This document shows positions 34,946 to 43,736 of a DNA stretch of 64,000 nucleotides, piece by piece. Where the stretch lies: NCBI GenBank assembly GCA_963749495.1, contig CAVVMW010000004.1:256001-320000 (forward strand), read 5' to 3'. Position 1 is the first letter of the stretch. Each line of letters starts with the position of its first letter. This stretch comes from an uncultured bacterium. GTDB taxonomy: Bacteria; Verrucomicrobiota; Verrucomicrobiia; Limisphaerales; UBA8199. The position numbers and the translations under genes were made by a program. The notes beneath the pieces are model-generated. The model did not search any database, was not told where the DNA came from, and worked only from the letters and a program-made list of their open reading frames with translations.

Positions 34946-36238
34946 ATGTTTGCTCATGACCATCTCGAACTGCGGCTGCTTCGCCTCAAGCCGTCCGAGG
35001 AGTGGCGAAATCCAGGCCACGGCTTCTCCTTCCTGTTTCCGACGGGGGGCGCCGGAACGTTGGTAGCCTCGCCAGTCCAGCATCCTCTGGCACCCGGTGA
35101 TGTCCTCGTCCTCTCCGAGGCCCAGGGCGGCATGGTCTGCGCCGCGGAGGCCGGGGAACTGGCCTTTTGGCACTTTTCGCTCTACTTTGAGCACCTCTAC
35201 CCTCTGTTTGGGAACAACGAACTGTGCCTGTTGCAGAGTGTCACGGAATTCTTCAGGAGCCCAAGGCTCTATCCCGCTGCCATGCCCCTGGCCCAGGAAT
35301 GCCACCAACTGCTGGCGGCCGCCCCGCCCCTGCACCACTTGGACCACCGCGGCCAACTGCTGCGGGTCGCGACCGCCATTTTAACCGCGGAATTCAAAGA
35401 TGCCCGCCGCCGGCGGGGCGGGTTTGTCAGCGCCGAGGATCACCTGAGCCAAGTGTTCGAGCAGCTTCTGGTGGCTGACATCATGGGTCTGAGGGTGCAG
35501 GAATTGGCGGAGAAATTCCAGTGCAGCCAGCGCCACTTGAACCGCCTCTTTCACCGGTACTTTGGCTTCTCCGTGGCCGCCCTGAGAATGGAGATGCGGT
35601 TGATCAAAGCCGTTTCCCTGCTGCGAGATCGCGACGCCAAGGTCATCCGCGTGGCGGAACAATGCGGTTTCAACCACCTGGGCCTCTTCAATTCCTGCTT
35701 CAAGCGCCGGTTCGGCGCCAGCCCGGGCCGATGGCGCAACGCCGATCGGCCCCCCCGCCCTCAGCCCGCGCCACTCATCCAGGGCGACCCTGTTTGCCAA
35801 ATGCGCGCCAACGGCCTGTGCCCCTGGGCCGGGCAAACCCGGCGACCCGCAGCCCAGCCCCGCACCCCTCAGCCCAAGACCCGCCCGCCTGAGCCCCGCC
35901 CGCTCCCCGAAGGCTCGCCCTGCCTTCGCCCCGCTGCCGCCCAATGGCGGGAACGGACCAGCAGAGGCCGCCTTCGCCTCGAAGCTCCAGGCCGCGGTGC
36001 GCGCCTCGGTGGAGGCCCTGTCCGGGCTCGCGCAGGAGAAAGGCACCGCCTTATGAACCGCGCGCGAACACTGCCAACCCAGGAGCGCCCGGTGCTGCGC
36101 GGGTCTTATGCGGGCGGCCGGACGATCCGGCGGGCCATGGAATTGCTCTGCGAACGAAGGGCCAAGGTCATAGGCATCGTCTTCGACCGTGCCAACAGCC
36201 CCTTCCGCTCCTACGAACATTACAAATACGCCGATTAG
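34946..36238 (+). CDS. AraC family transcriptional regulator (true stop may be 36056)
   Basis: AAGGAGG RBS before ATG 34946; SQRHLNRLFHRYFG and VAEQCGFNHLGLFNSCFKRRFGASP. Confidence 0.85.
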   Translation: MFAHDHLELRLLRLKPSEEWRNPGHGFSFLFPTGGAGTLVASPVQHPLAPGDVLVLSEAQGGMVCAAEAGELAFWHFSLYFEHLYPLFGNNELCLLQSVTEFFRSPRLYPAAMPLAQECHQLLAAAPPLHHLDHRGQLLRVATAILTAEFKDARRRRGGFVSAEDHLSQVFEQLLVADIMGLRVQELAEKFQCSQRHLNRLFHRYFGFSVAALRMEMRLIKAVSLLRDRDAKVIRVAEQCGFNHLGLFNSCFKRRFGASPGRWRNADRPPRPQPAPLIQGDPVCQMRANGLCPWAGQTRRPAAQPRTPQPKTRPPEPRPLPEGSPCLRPAAAQWRERTSRGRLRLEAPGRGARLGGGPVRARAGERHRLMNRARTLPTQERPVLRGSYAGGRTIRRAMELLCERRAKVIGIVFDRANSPFRSYEHYKYAD

Positions 36239-36362
36239 CCCGTGGTTACCCGGAGACGGGCTCCACGAGACCTCGCGATGTTTAGTGGAAAGAACGCAAT
36301 CAGTCGGTTGCGGGCCGAACGGAAACAGGCCTGCGAATTGACGGGCACGGAGTGCGGGCACG

Positions 36363-36531
36363 GAAAAAGCTGAAAAGCGGAAACTAGAAAGCAGAAATCA
36401 GCACACCATCGAGTTTCAGTTTTCCGCTTCCCGCTGCCGCCAGGACGAATTTCCCATTTCTGCTTTCCACTTTCTGCTTTTGTGCATGCTGATTGATTTC
36501 TGCTTTCTGTTTTCCTGATTTCTGCTTTTCC
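36363..36531. repeat. A-rich/T-rich heptamer inverted-repeat element upstream of the EPS locus
   Basis: aaaagctgaaaagcggaaactagaaagcagaaatcagc, followed by multiple tttctgc/tttccgc units and gctgattgatttctgctttct. Confidence 0.75.
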
Positions 36532-36539
36532 CCGGACCA

Positions 36540-37832
36540 TTGACCATGAGTAACCGGATGCACACGCGCCTGACTGGCTGGGCGGTGGTTCTGCTTTCCG
36601 GGGTCCAACTGGAGGTAGCATGCCAAGCACAAACCTTTGAGGCGCAAAAAGATGCAGTTGCGCCCGAGACGCAAGCCCTGCCGGAAATCCTGCCCCGTTA
36701 TAACATCCCTTGGCGCTCCGGCGGGCTGAACTTCAGTGCCGGGCTCCGTGGGCTCTATGTGGACAACGTGTATTTGACGCATACCGGCGCGCGCGACGAC
36801 TTCATATTGGTTCCGGAGTGCGACATCGGGGCATTCTTCCCAATCGGGCGGTCGAACACCGTGGTTTTGGACCTCGGCCTGGCGTACTATCAGTACTTCA
36901 AGAACACCGCCTTGAACACCGGCACGCCAGTGGTCAACCCCAATTCTGAGCTTGCCTTCAACATCCGCAGCGGCGATTTCACGTTCAAGTTCAGCGAGAG
37001 TTTCTCCTACCAGGTGACCCCGATTTACGACACGGGCACCGAGTTTTACAACCTTTACAATACGGCGCAGTTCCGCCGATACCAGAACCGCATCGGAACG
37101 ACGGTGACCTGGGACCTGCACGACCTGGTGGTCAGCGCCGGTTACCATCACGAGAACCTCTGGTCCGACGGCTCGTTTTACGACTACATCGATCACGCCT
37201 CGGAGCTTTTCAACGCCGACGCCATGCTCACCCTTTCCCCCCTGGTTACGGCCGGCCTCGAGGCCCTCGGCAGCCTGAATAACTTCGACAACCGTCCAAC
37301 CTACGACACCTGGCGGGCCAGGCTGGGGCCGGCTCTTCGGCTGAACGCGAGCCAATTCATCAAGGTCCGCGCGGGGGCCGGGTATGAACGGATTGAATAC
37401 GACTCGGCGTCCGCCTCGTCGCTCGGTTTGAGCGCGGAAAACACTTACTACGCCTATGCCGCCGTCAACCACCAGATCAACCAGTTCTTCAGCCATTCGC
37501 TCGGGGCCTCGCACGACAACCAGCTTGGATTCAACGCCGCCAATCTCGAAGGAACTCATATAACGTATTCCCTGGCTTGGAGACCCAACGAGAGAGTGAC
37601 CCTAACCCCACACGTGTCCGTCAACTGGTACGACGAGTCCTTCGGCTCAGGCTCGGCGAGCCTCTATCACGAGAAATTCACCTACGTTTCCGCCGGCCTT
37701 TCCGTTCGCTACCAATTCGGCCAGCACTGGCGCGCCGGCCTGAGCTGGGATTACCGGCTCAAGGACTCGGACATCCAGGCCGATGGCTACGCCCAGAACC
37801 AGGCCGCCCTCGAACTCGTTTACCAATTCTGA
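36540..37832 (+). CDS. Outer-membrane beta-barrel protein of an EPS export locus
   Basis: Signal peptide, YVDNVY..DDFIL, alternating beta-strand pattern, C-terminal LVYQF; directly upstream of wza. Confidence 0.8.
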   Translation: MTMSNRMHTRLTGWAVVLLSGVQLEVACQAQTFEAQKDAVAPETQALPEILPRYNIPWRSGGLNFSAGLRGLYVDNVYLTHTGARDDFILVPECDIGAFFPIGRSNTVVLDLGLAYYQYFKNTALNTGTPVVNPNSELAFNIRSGDFTFKFSESFSYQVTPIYDTGTEFYNLYNTAQFRRYQNRIGTTVTWDLHDLVVSAGYHHENLWSDGSFYDYIDHASELFNADAMLTLSPLVTAGLEALGSLNNFDNRPTYDTWRARLGPALRLNASQFIKVRAGAGYERIEYDSASASSLGLSAENTYYAYAAVNHQINQFFSHSLGASHDNQLGFNAANLEGTHITYSLAWRPNERVTLTPHVSVNWYDESFGSGSASLYHEKFTYVSAGLSVRYQFGQHWRAGLSWDYRLKDSDIQADGYAQNQAALELVYQF

Positions 37833-37836
37833 TCCC

Positions 37837-39075
37837 ATGAACGCTTCCAAAAGACCACGGACCACCGGGGGAAAAACAGAAAACAGAAATCGGATGGCCA
37901 GCATAGCCGCCACACGTTTCGGCTTGCACACCCGTTTTGATGCCATGAACACTCCTGGAATTCTCCAATCTCGACAAGTTCCCCTGCGAACACAAGATAC
38001 GACACCTCAAGCCAAGGACGATTTCTGCTTTCCGCTTTCCGCTTTTCCCGGCCGAGCCCCTATTTCTGCTTTCCATTTCCCACTTTCTGCTTTCCGCTTT
38101 CGTCTTTCTGCTTTTCCCGGCCGCGCTCCTATTTCTGTTTTCTGCTTTCGACTTTCTGTTTTCCTTTTTCTGCTTTCTGCTTTGGTTTGTACCGCTGCCG
38201 ACCCTCCCGTTCCCGACCCGCAAACCCGGCAGAAGGCCCTGGGGGATCCGTGGAACGCCTCCCCTTCCGCCCCAACCAACTCGACCCTCGACCCTCGACC
38301 CTCCGCCCCCCTGACTGTGGACTCTTCCCCCTCGCCCCCCACTCCGCACTCCGCACTCCGCACTCCGCACTCCGCCTCCCCCCTGCCCTCCGCCCCCCGG
38401 ACTGTGGACGGTGGCCTGCCAGCCGTAGCTGCCCCAGCAGCGAAGGCTGGACCGTGGACTGTGGACTCTTCCCCCTCGCCCCTCGCCCCTCGCCCCTCGC
38501 CCCTCGCCCCTTCCCCCCCTTTGGCCCGCAACATGGACTCGTTGGACGACAAACAAAAGCTGGGCGTGGGAGACACCGTCAGTTTTCGCGTTGTGGAAGA
38601 CCAGGAAGACCCCAAGACCCTGACCATTACCGACGCGGGCGAGCTGGATGTCCCCGAGCTGGGACTGGTCACCGCCTCCGGGAAAACCTGCAAACAACTG
38701 GCGTTCGAGATTAAGCCCAAGCTCGAACAGGTCACCTATTACCGCGCCACCGTGATCATCGGAATCCAGCTCCTCAACAAAACCACCAGCGGCCGCAGGG
38801 TCTATGTGGCCGGCCAGGTAGCCCGGGCGGGTCCGCAGGAAATCCCCGCCGGCGAAACCTGGACCGTGAGCAAGGCAATCCTGGCTGCCGGCGGCTTCAC
38901 CCAGTACGCCGACAAAAAGGCTGTTCGCCTGGTCCGGGCGGGCGCCAAGGGCCAACCCGCCAAGACCATCCTTTTGAATATCGCCGATGTCTGGGAAAAG
39001 AGCCGGACCGAACGGGACATCCCCGTCGAAACCGAGGATTTGATTTACGTCCCCACCCGCGCCGTCAACTTTTAA
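37837..39075 (+). CDS. wza: Polysaccharide export protein (Wza-like, Poly_export + SLBB) with repeat-derived N-terminus; alternative start 37945
   Basis: KLGVGDTVSFRV, GELDVPELG..ASGKT, VYVAGQVARAG, AILAAGGFTQYAD, EDLIYVP. Confidence 0.85.
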   Translation: MNASKRPRTTGGKTENRNRMASIAATRFGLHTRFDAMNTPGILQSRQVPLRTQDTTPQAKDDFCFPLSAFPGRAPISAFHFPLSAFRFRLSAFPGRAPISVFCFRLSVFLFLLSALVCTAADPPVPDPQTRQKALGDPWNASPSAPTNSTLDPRPSAPLTVDSSPSPPTPHSALRTPHSASPLPSAPRTVDGGLPAVAAPAAKAGPWTVDSSPSPLAPRPSPLAPSPPLARNMDSLDDKQKLGVGDTVSFRVVEDQEDPKTLTITDAGELDVPELGLVTASGKTCKQLAFEIKPKLEQVTYYRATVIIGIQLLNKTTSGRRVYVAGQVARAGPQEIPAGETWTVSKAILAAGGFTQYADKKAVRLVRAGAKGQPAKTILLNIADVWEKSRTERDIPVETEDLIYVPTRAVNF

Positions 39076-39240
39076 GCTGAAAGCTGAAAGCTGAAATTAA
39101 TTTCAATTTTCTGCTTTCCCAATTTCTGCTTTTTAGAGTGCTGCTTTGCTTTTGTGTTTTCAGCTTTGTTTTTGAGATTTCTACTTTCAGCTTTCCAAAT
39201 TTCTGCTTTTTAGAGTGCTGCTTTCTCAATTTCCGCTTTT
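39076..39240. repeat. Heptamer palindromic site 1 (core GAAATTAATTTC at 39093-39104)
   Basis: Begins at the wza stop: (aagctga)3-aattaatttc-aattttctgctttcccaatttctgctttttagagtgctgc. Confidence 0.88.
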
Positions 39241-39317
39241 GCACTCCGTCCGTAGTCCCGTGGTCCTGTGATCCCGCGGTTGCTTTTCACGAAGCGAGCG
39301 TGTAATTTCTGCTTGAT

Positions 39318-39569
39318 ATGAGTCTTGCCGAAATCGAAGCTGAGTTGGAGAATCTGGGGCCGGACGATTTGCGCACTTTGGCCCTCAAATCCTGGACTGC
39401 CTTTGTGCAAAAGGAAGGCGGCACCGCTCGGGTCAATGAGTGCAGCGAGGATGACCCTCGCCTGCTGGCCGCCCTGGACGAGGCAATCGCCAAAGCGGAC
39501 TCAGCTCCTCGTGGAGGGCACTCTGCGGACGCGGTCCGCGCCCACCTCAACGAATGGATTTCAAGATAA
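39318..39569 (+). CDS. Putative addiction-module antitoxin
   Basis: 83 aa, MSLAEIEAELENL...LAALDEAIAKAD..GHSADAVRAHLNEWISR; overlaps a ParE-like start. Confidence 0.65.
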   Translation: MSLAEIEAELENLGPDDLRTLALKSWTAFVQKEGGTARVNECSEDDPRLLAALDEAIAKADSAPRGGHSADAVRAHLNEWISR

Positions 39570-39742
39570 TCTTCCAGGACCCCTTTCTGGACGATCTTGA
39601 GCGCATCGTTCGGTCGGTGGCTGCGCACGACCCTTCGGCGGCTAGAAAACTGGGCGAACTCGTCATTCAAATGAGCGAAAGCCTCAGTTTCTTTGATTGC
39701 CCTTTCCCCTCGGCGGCAGTACATTCCGCCCATGGTAACTGA
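39554..39742 (+). pseudogene. Truncated RelE/ParE-family toxin
   Basis: MDFKIIFQDPFLDDLERIVRSVAAHDPSAARKLGELVIQMSESLSFF matches a ParE N-terminal half; similarity ends near 39693. Confidence 0.7.
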
Positions 39743-40343
39743 AGATCGAGTCATTAACTTGGAAGCCACCTTGGCCAGGTTCATCGAACATACCAACCTG
39801 GTCGTCGCGGCCATCCACCAGGACATCGCCGAAATCCGTGCCGGCCACGCCCGCACCGACCGCCAGTTGTTGGAGATGCAGCAGCAGGCCGACAAGGACC
39901 GTAAGGATTTTAATAAACGCCTGGCCGAGATTTCCGACAGCATGGGGACCCTTATCGAGGACATGGTCGCGCCTTGCGGTTTCCAACTGGCCAGGACGGT
40001 CTTCGGTTCCGAGGAGGCGCAGACCTCTGCCATCCGCGTCAAGCGCAAGCACCCCGCGCGGCCCGCCGAGGTGATGGAACTCGATCTGCTCGCCATCGGT
40101 CCTGCCAAGCTGCTGGTCGTCGAGGTCAAACGGCGCATTGACGCGGCCAAAGTCGCGGAATACCGGGACAAGCTCAAACGGCTCCCCGAGTTTTTCCCGG
40201 AGCTGGCGGGCAAAACCCTCTGTCCCGCCGTCGCCAGCGTTTACCTCGAATCCTCGGTCATTGCTTTCCTCAACCGCGAAAAGATCTACGGCATCGCCAT
40301 GGGCGATGAAGTTATGAAAGTCATCAACCTCGGCCAGTTCTGA
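39732..40343 (+). CDS. Coiled-coil + PD-(D/E)XK nuclease-like domain protein
   Basis: Helical N-terminus, MGTLIEDMVAP, ELDLLA..LLVVEVK, PEFFPE motif. Confidence 0.7.
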   Translation: MVTEDRVINLEATLARFIEHTNLVVAAIHQDIAEIRAGHARTDRQLLEMQQQADKDRKDFNKRLAEISDSMGTLIEDMVAPCGFQLARTVFGSEEAQTSAIRVKRKHPARPAEVMELDLLAIGPAKLLVVEVKRRIDAAKVAEYRDKLKRLPEFFPELAGKTLCPAVASVYLESSVIAFLNREKIYGIAMGDEVMKVINLGQF

Positions 40344-40351
40344 CGCCAAAC

Positions 40352-40480
40352 CAAAAGCTGAAAGCTGAAACGTGAAAGCTCAAAGCTGAAAACAGAAAGC
40401 TGAAAGCACAAATTAATTTCCATTTTCTGCTTTCCTAATTTCTGCTTTTCCGAGTGCTGCTTTCCCAATTTCAGCTTTGA
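40352..40480. repeat. Heptamer palindromic site 2 (core AAATTAATTT at 40410-40419)
   Basis: Starts ~9 nt after the stop at 40343; same arm-core-arm order as site 1, including the gagtgctgctttc motif. Confidence 0.88.
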
Positions 40481-40484
40481 ATAG

Positions 40485-40849
40485 ATGATTGGCCGCCTTC
40501 CAGGCGAATTTCGTGATCGCACCAAGCGCTACGCCGCGGCCACGATTAGACTTTTTGTCACACTCCCAAAGCAAAGGGAAGAGGTGAAGACGCTGGGAAA
40601 ACAACTGCTCCGCTCCGGAACCTCGGTTGCCGCCCACGTGCGCGAGGCATCCCGGGCCGATCCGATGAAGAGTTCGCATCCAAACTTGGCGGTGCGTTGC
40701 AGGAGGCCGACGCGTCGCAGCTTTGGCTGGAACTCCTGCGTGAAGAGTGCGCAATCCCCTCCACCGACACGCTGCCCATGGAAAAGGAAGCCGACAAACT
40801 CATGGCGATCATGACCACCATGATCAGGAGGACAAAGGACAGAGGATGA
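40485..40849 (+). CDS. Four-helix-bundle protein (23S rRNA intervening-sequence protein / Avd-like family); frameshift near 40658
   Basis: KQLLRSGTSVAAHVREASRA, then after adding one C: RSDEEFASKLGGALQEADASQLWLELL...EADKLMAIMTTMIRRTKDRG*. Confidence 0.88.
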
Positions 40850-41260
40850 AAACAGAAAGCTGAAAGTTGAAAGCTGAAAGTTGAAAGCTGAAAGTTGAAA
40901 GTTGAAAGCTGAAAGTTGAAAGCTGAAAGCTGAAAGCTGAAAGCTGAAAGCTGAAAGCTGAAATTAATTTCAATTTTCTACTTTCAATTTTCCAGTTTGT
41001 TTTCGAGATTTCTGCTTTGTCTTTAACATTTCTGCTTTCTGCTTTCAATTTTCTGCTTTGTTTTTAGAGATTTCTGCTTTCTGCTTTCCCAATTTCTGCT
41101 TTTTAGACTGCGCCCGCGTCCGTAATCTTATTTCAATTTTCTGCTTTCAATTTTCTGCTTTATCTTTGAGCTTTCTGCTTTATTTTTGAGCTTTCTGCTT
41201 TTTAGAGTGCTGCTTTCTTTTTGAGATTTCAATTTTCACCTTTCACCTTTCTACTTTTCT
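40850..41260. repeat. Heptamer palindromic site 3: ~15x AAAG(C/T)TG, core GAAATTAATTTC at 40960-40971, ~290-nt T-rich arm
   Basis: Direct reading; begins at the four-helix-bundle stop and ends just before the wzc start. Confidence 0.92.
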
Positions 41261-41264
41261 CCAA

Positions 41265-43546
41265 ATGCCCCCCGATCTTCACCCTCTTGTCCCGCAGCAG
41301 GACGGCCAACGCTTCATCCTCCTTCCGGCCCCGCCTCAGGACCGCTTCTCCAAGGCCACCACGTTGCATGTCCAAGTGCGCCGCTACGCAACCGCTCTGC
41401 GCAAGCGGTCGTGGGTGCTTCTCTTGTCCTTGGTAGCCATCGGCGGTCCAGCCGTCTTTCTGGCGGTGACCAAGCCGCCCACTTTTCAGTCTCAGGCCCT
41501 GATGTGGCTGGCCGCCAGGCTCAACCTGCCCAATGCGGGATCTTACGCCGAGGACTTGGCAAGCTACATCGCAACCCAAGCCCAGCTCATCAAAAGCCCC
41601 GTCATTCAATCTCGCGCCCTCGAGAAGGTGCGCGCTCGATTCCCCGCGCTGGCCGCGGCAAAACGAAATGCCGCTTCCGCCGGTTTGCATTTTGATCTAA
41701 CCGTTCGCAGCTCACTGAAAGGCTCGGTGGTGGAACTGCGGGCTGTGGGTCCCGCGGCCCAGGCGACCCAGGCCTTTCTCGACGCTCTCATGGACGAATA
41801 CCGCGCTTTCAAAAACGATTCCCGCAAGCGGACTTCGTCTGGCGCCCTCTCCAGCATCACCGGCCAGGTCAACGAGGTCCAAAAGCAGATTCAGCAGCAA
41901 CAGGACGAGTTGACTCTGTTTCAGGTGTCGAACAACATCTCCTACCTTACCGAGCATGGCCTGAGCGCCGGCAGCCACCTGGCAAAGCTGGTCGAGATCT
42001 TGTCCGACCAGCAGACAGAATATCGTCTGCTCGAACTGCTCACCCCTGAACAGTTCAAGGATCTCGCCAAGGGCAGTCAATACTCCTTTTCCGACAGCCC
42101 TGTGCCGGGCGAGAGGGCCTCCCGCGCGCTCGCAGTGAACGCTAATTGGGCGGCCGACACCGCCTATTACCAGGCCTTGCAACAAATTGAGGTGTTGAAG
42201 GCAAAACGCGACGAGTTCTCCCAGGTTCTCCGGCCCACCCACTCCAAGATGGTGAAGCTCAACCAGGAGATCGCCGGTTTGGACCAATTGCTCAAGACCT
42301 TGAAGGATGAGGGCTGGCAGCAGGCCCTGGCCCAAATGGCCAACCGCAGGAAATCTTCGAACTCCAGATCCAAAATCTCGAGAGTCAATATCGCACCTGG
42401 GAGACCAACGCGGCCGAGGCCAGCCAGAAACTCGCCGAATACGACCGGATGAAGCAGGACATGCAGCGGTCCCAGGCCCTCTACGACCGCCTGCTGGGCC
42501 TGCTGCAGACAGTGGACCTCAATGAAAATCTCGACCAGGAGCTCCTCGTCCCGATGGCCCCGGCCTCGCAGGCCCGCCCCACCCTCGCGAAGTACGAGAC
42601 CGCCGCGGCGGGCATTCTCCTCGCGATCGTCGTGGGCCTGGGCGCTTTGCTGCTTCTGGAATTCCTGGATGACCGGTTCACTTCCGCGGGTGACCTCGGT
42701 CTCCACCTGCCCTCTGAGGTTGTTGGGCAAATTCCCAGGAGCCGCCTAAGGCCGCCCAATGGGGTCCGGGGCTTGCTCGCCACCGATGCGCAGCCGGCTT
42801 TTGCGGAATCTTTCCGCAACCTGCGCTCTTTGCTGCTCTTCATGTCCGCCGGCCAGAACTCCCAGCCTAAAGTCATTCTCATAACGAGCGCCATCCCCAA
42901 GGAAGGCAAGACCACCGTTGCCGCCAACCTGGCCTCCTCGCTGGCCCTGTCCGGCTCCCGCGTCCTGCTGATCGATGCCGACCTTCGCCGCGGCTCAGTA
43001 CACCAGATTTTTGACGTGCCCCTCAAACCAGGACTGGTCGAGGTTTTGAGCCACGAGGTCCCGCCGGCGGAGGCCATTGTCCCGACCGCGCAGCCCAGTT
43101 TATTCGTTTTGCCCGCAGGCGAATCTGCCAGAAGCAATTCCGACGCTTTTCTGCGCAACCGGGTGGACCTGCTGCTCCGTGACCTCGCGGGACAGTACGG
43201 CTACATCGTCATCAACAGCGCCCCGGTGCTTGCAACCGACAACGCCGCGTGCCTGGCGCCCAGCACGGACGGCGTACTCATGGTGGTGCGGGCATCCTAC
43301 ACCTCCGCGAGGATGGCACGGGAAGCTTTGGACCGTCTCCGCAAGCGCAAGGTGAGGGTGCTGGGAATGGTTTACAACTGCGCACCGCGCTCTTCGGATT
43401 ATTACTGCCGGTACAGCCGCGATTACTACCATCCAAGGAAGGCAACCGGCCACTCTGTCCCGGGGCCCGCTGAAGGCTTGTCACAGGATGCAAAAGGCCC
43501 GCGGCAAGAGCCGAACACCGAGCACGGCCCTAATGTTGAAGCGTGA
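41265..43546 (+). CDS. wzc: Polysaccharide co-polymerase / BY-kinase (Wzc-like); frameshift near 42356
   Basis: Two TM segments flanking a coiled coil, AESFRNLR, ITSAIPKEGKTT, LLIDADLRR, Tyr-rich tail DYYCRYSRDYY. Confidence 0.88.
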
Positions 43547-43736
43547 GCCGCACAGCAAGGATTGGCTGCAGCGCGTCCGCTCTGGAGCCATTGAGCGATG
43601 CCTATGCGGCTTCATAGTAAACTGCACAATTGACTGTTCAATGAAGCGGTTGTGATCGCGCCACATTGCTCGATCCCTATGGAGGTCTAAACAGGTCGGG
43701 GCTCGGCTCCGCTCAGCCGATTCGGTGACACCCTTT

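Noticed and set aside
40485..40849. Diversity-generating retroelement suggested by the Avd-like gene
   Set aside because: No reverse transcriptase and no TR/VR pair seen. The kinase duplication differs at all base types, not only adenines.
39076..41264. Classical integron
   Set aside because: No tyrosine integrase in the window and the sites lack attC R-box consensus ends.
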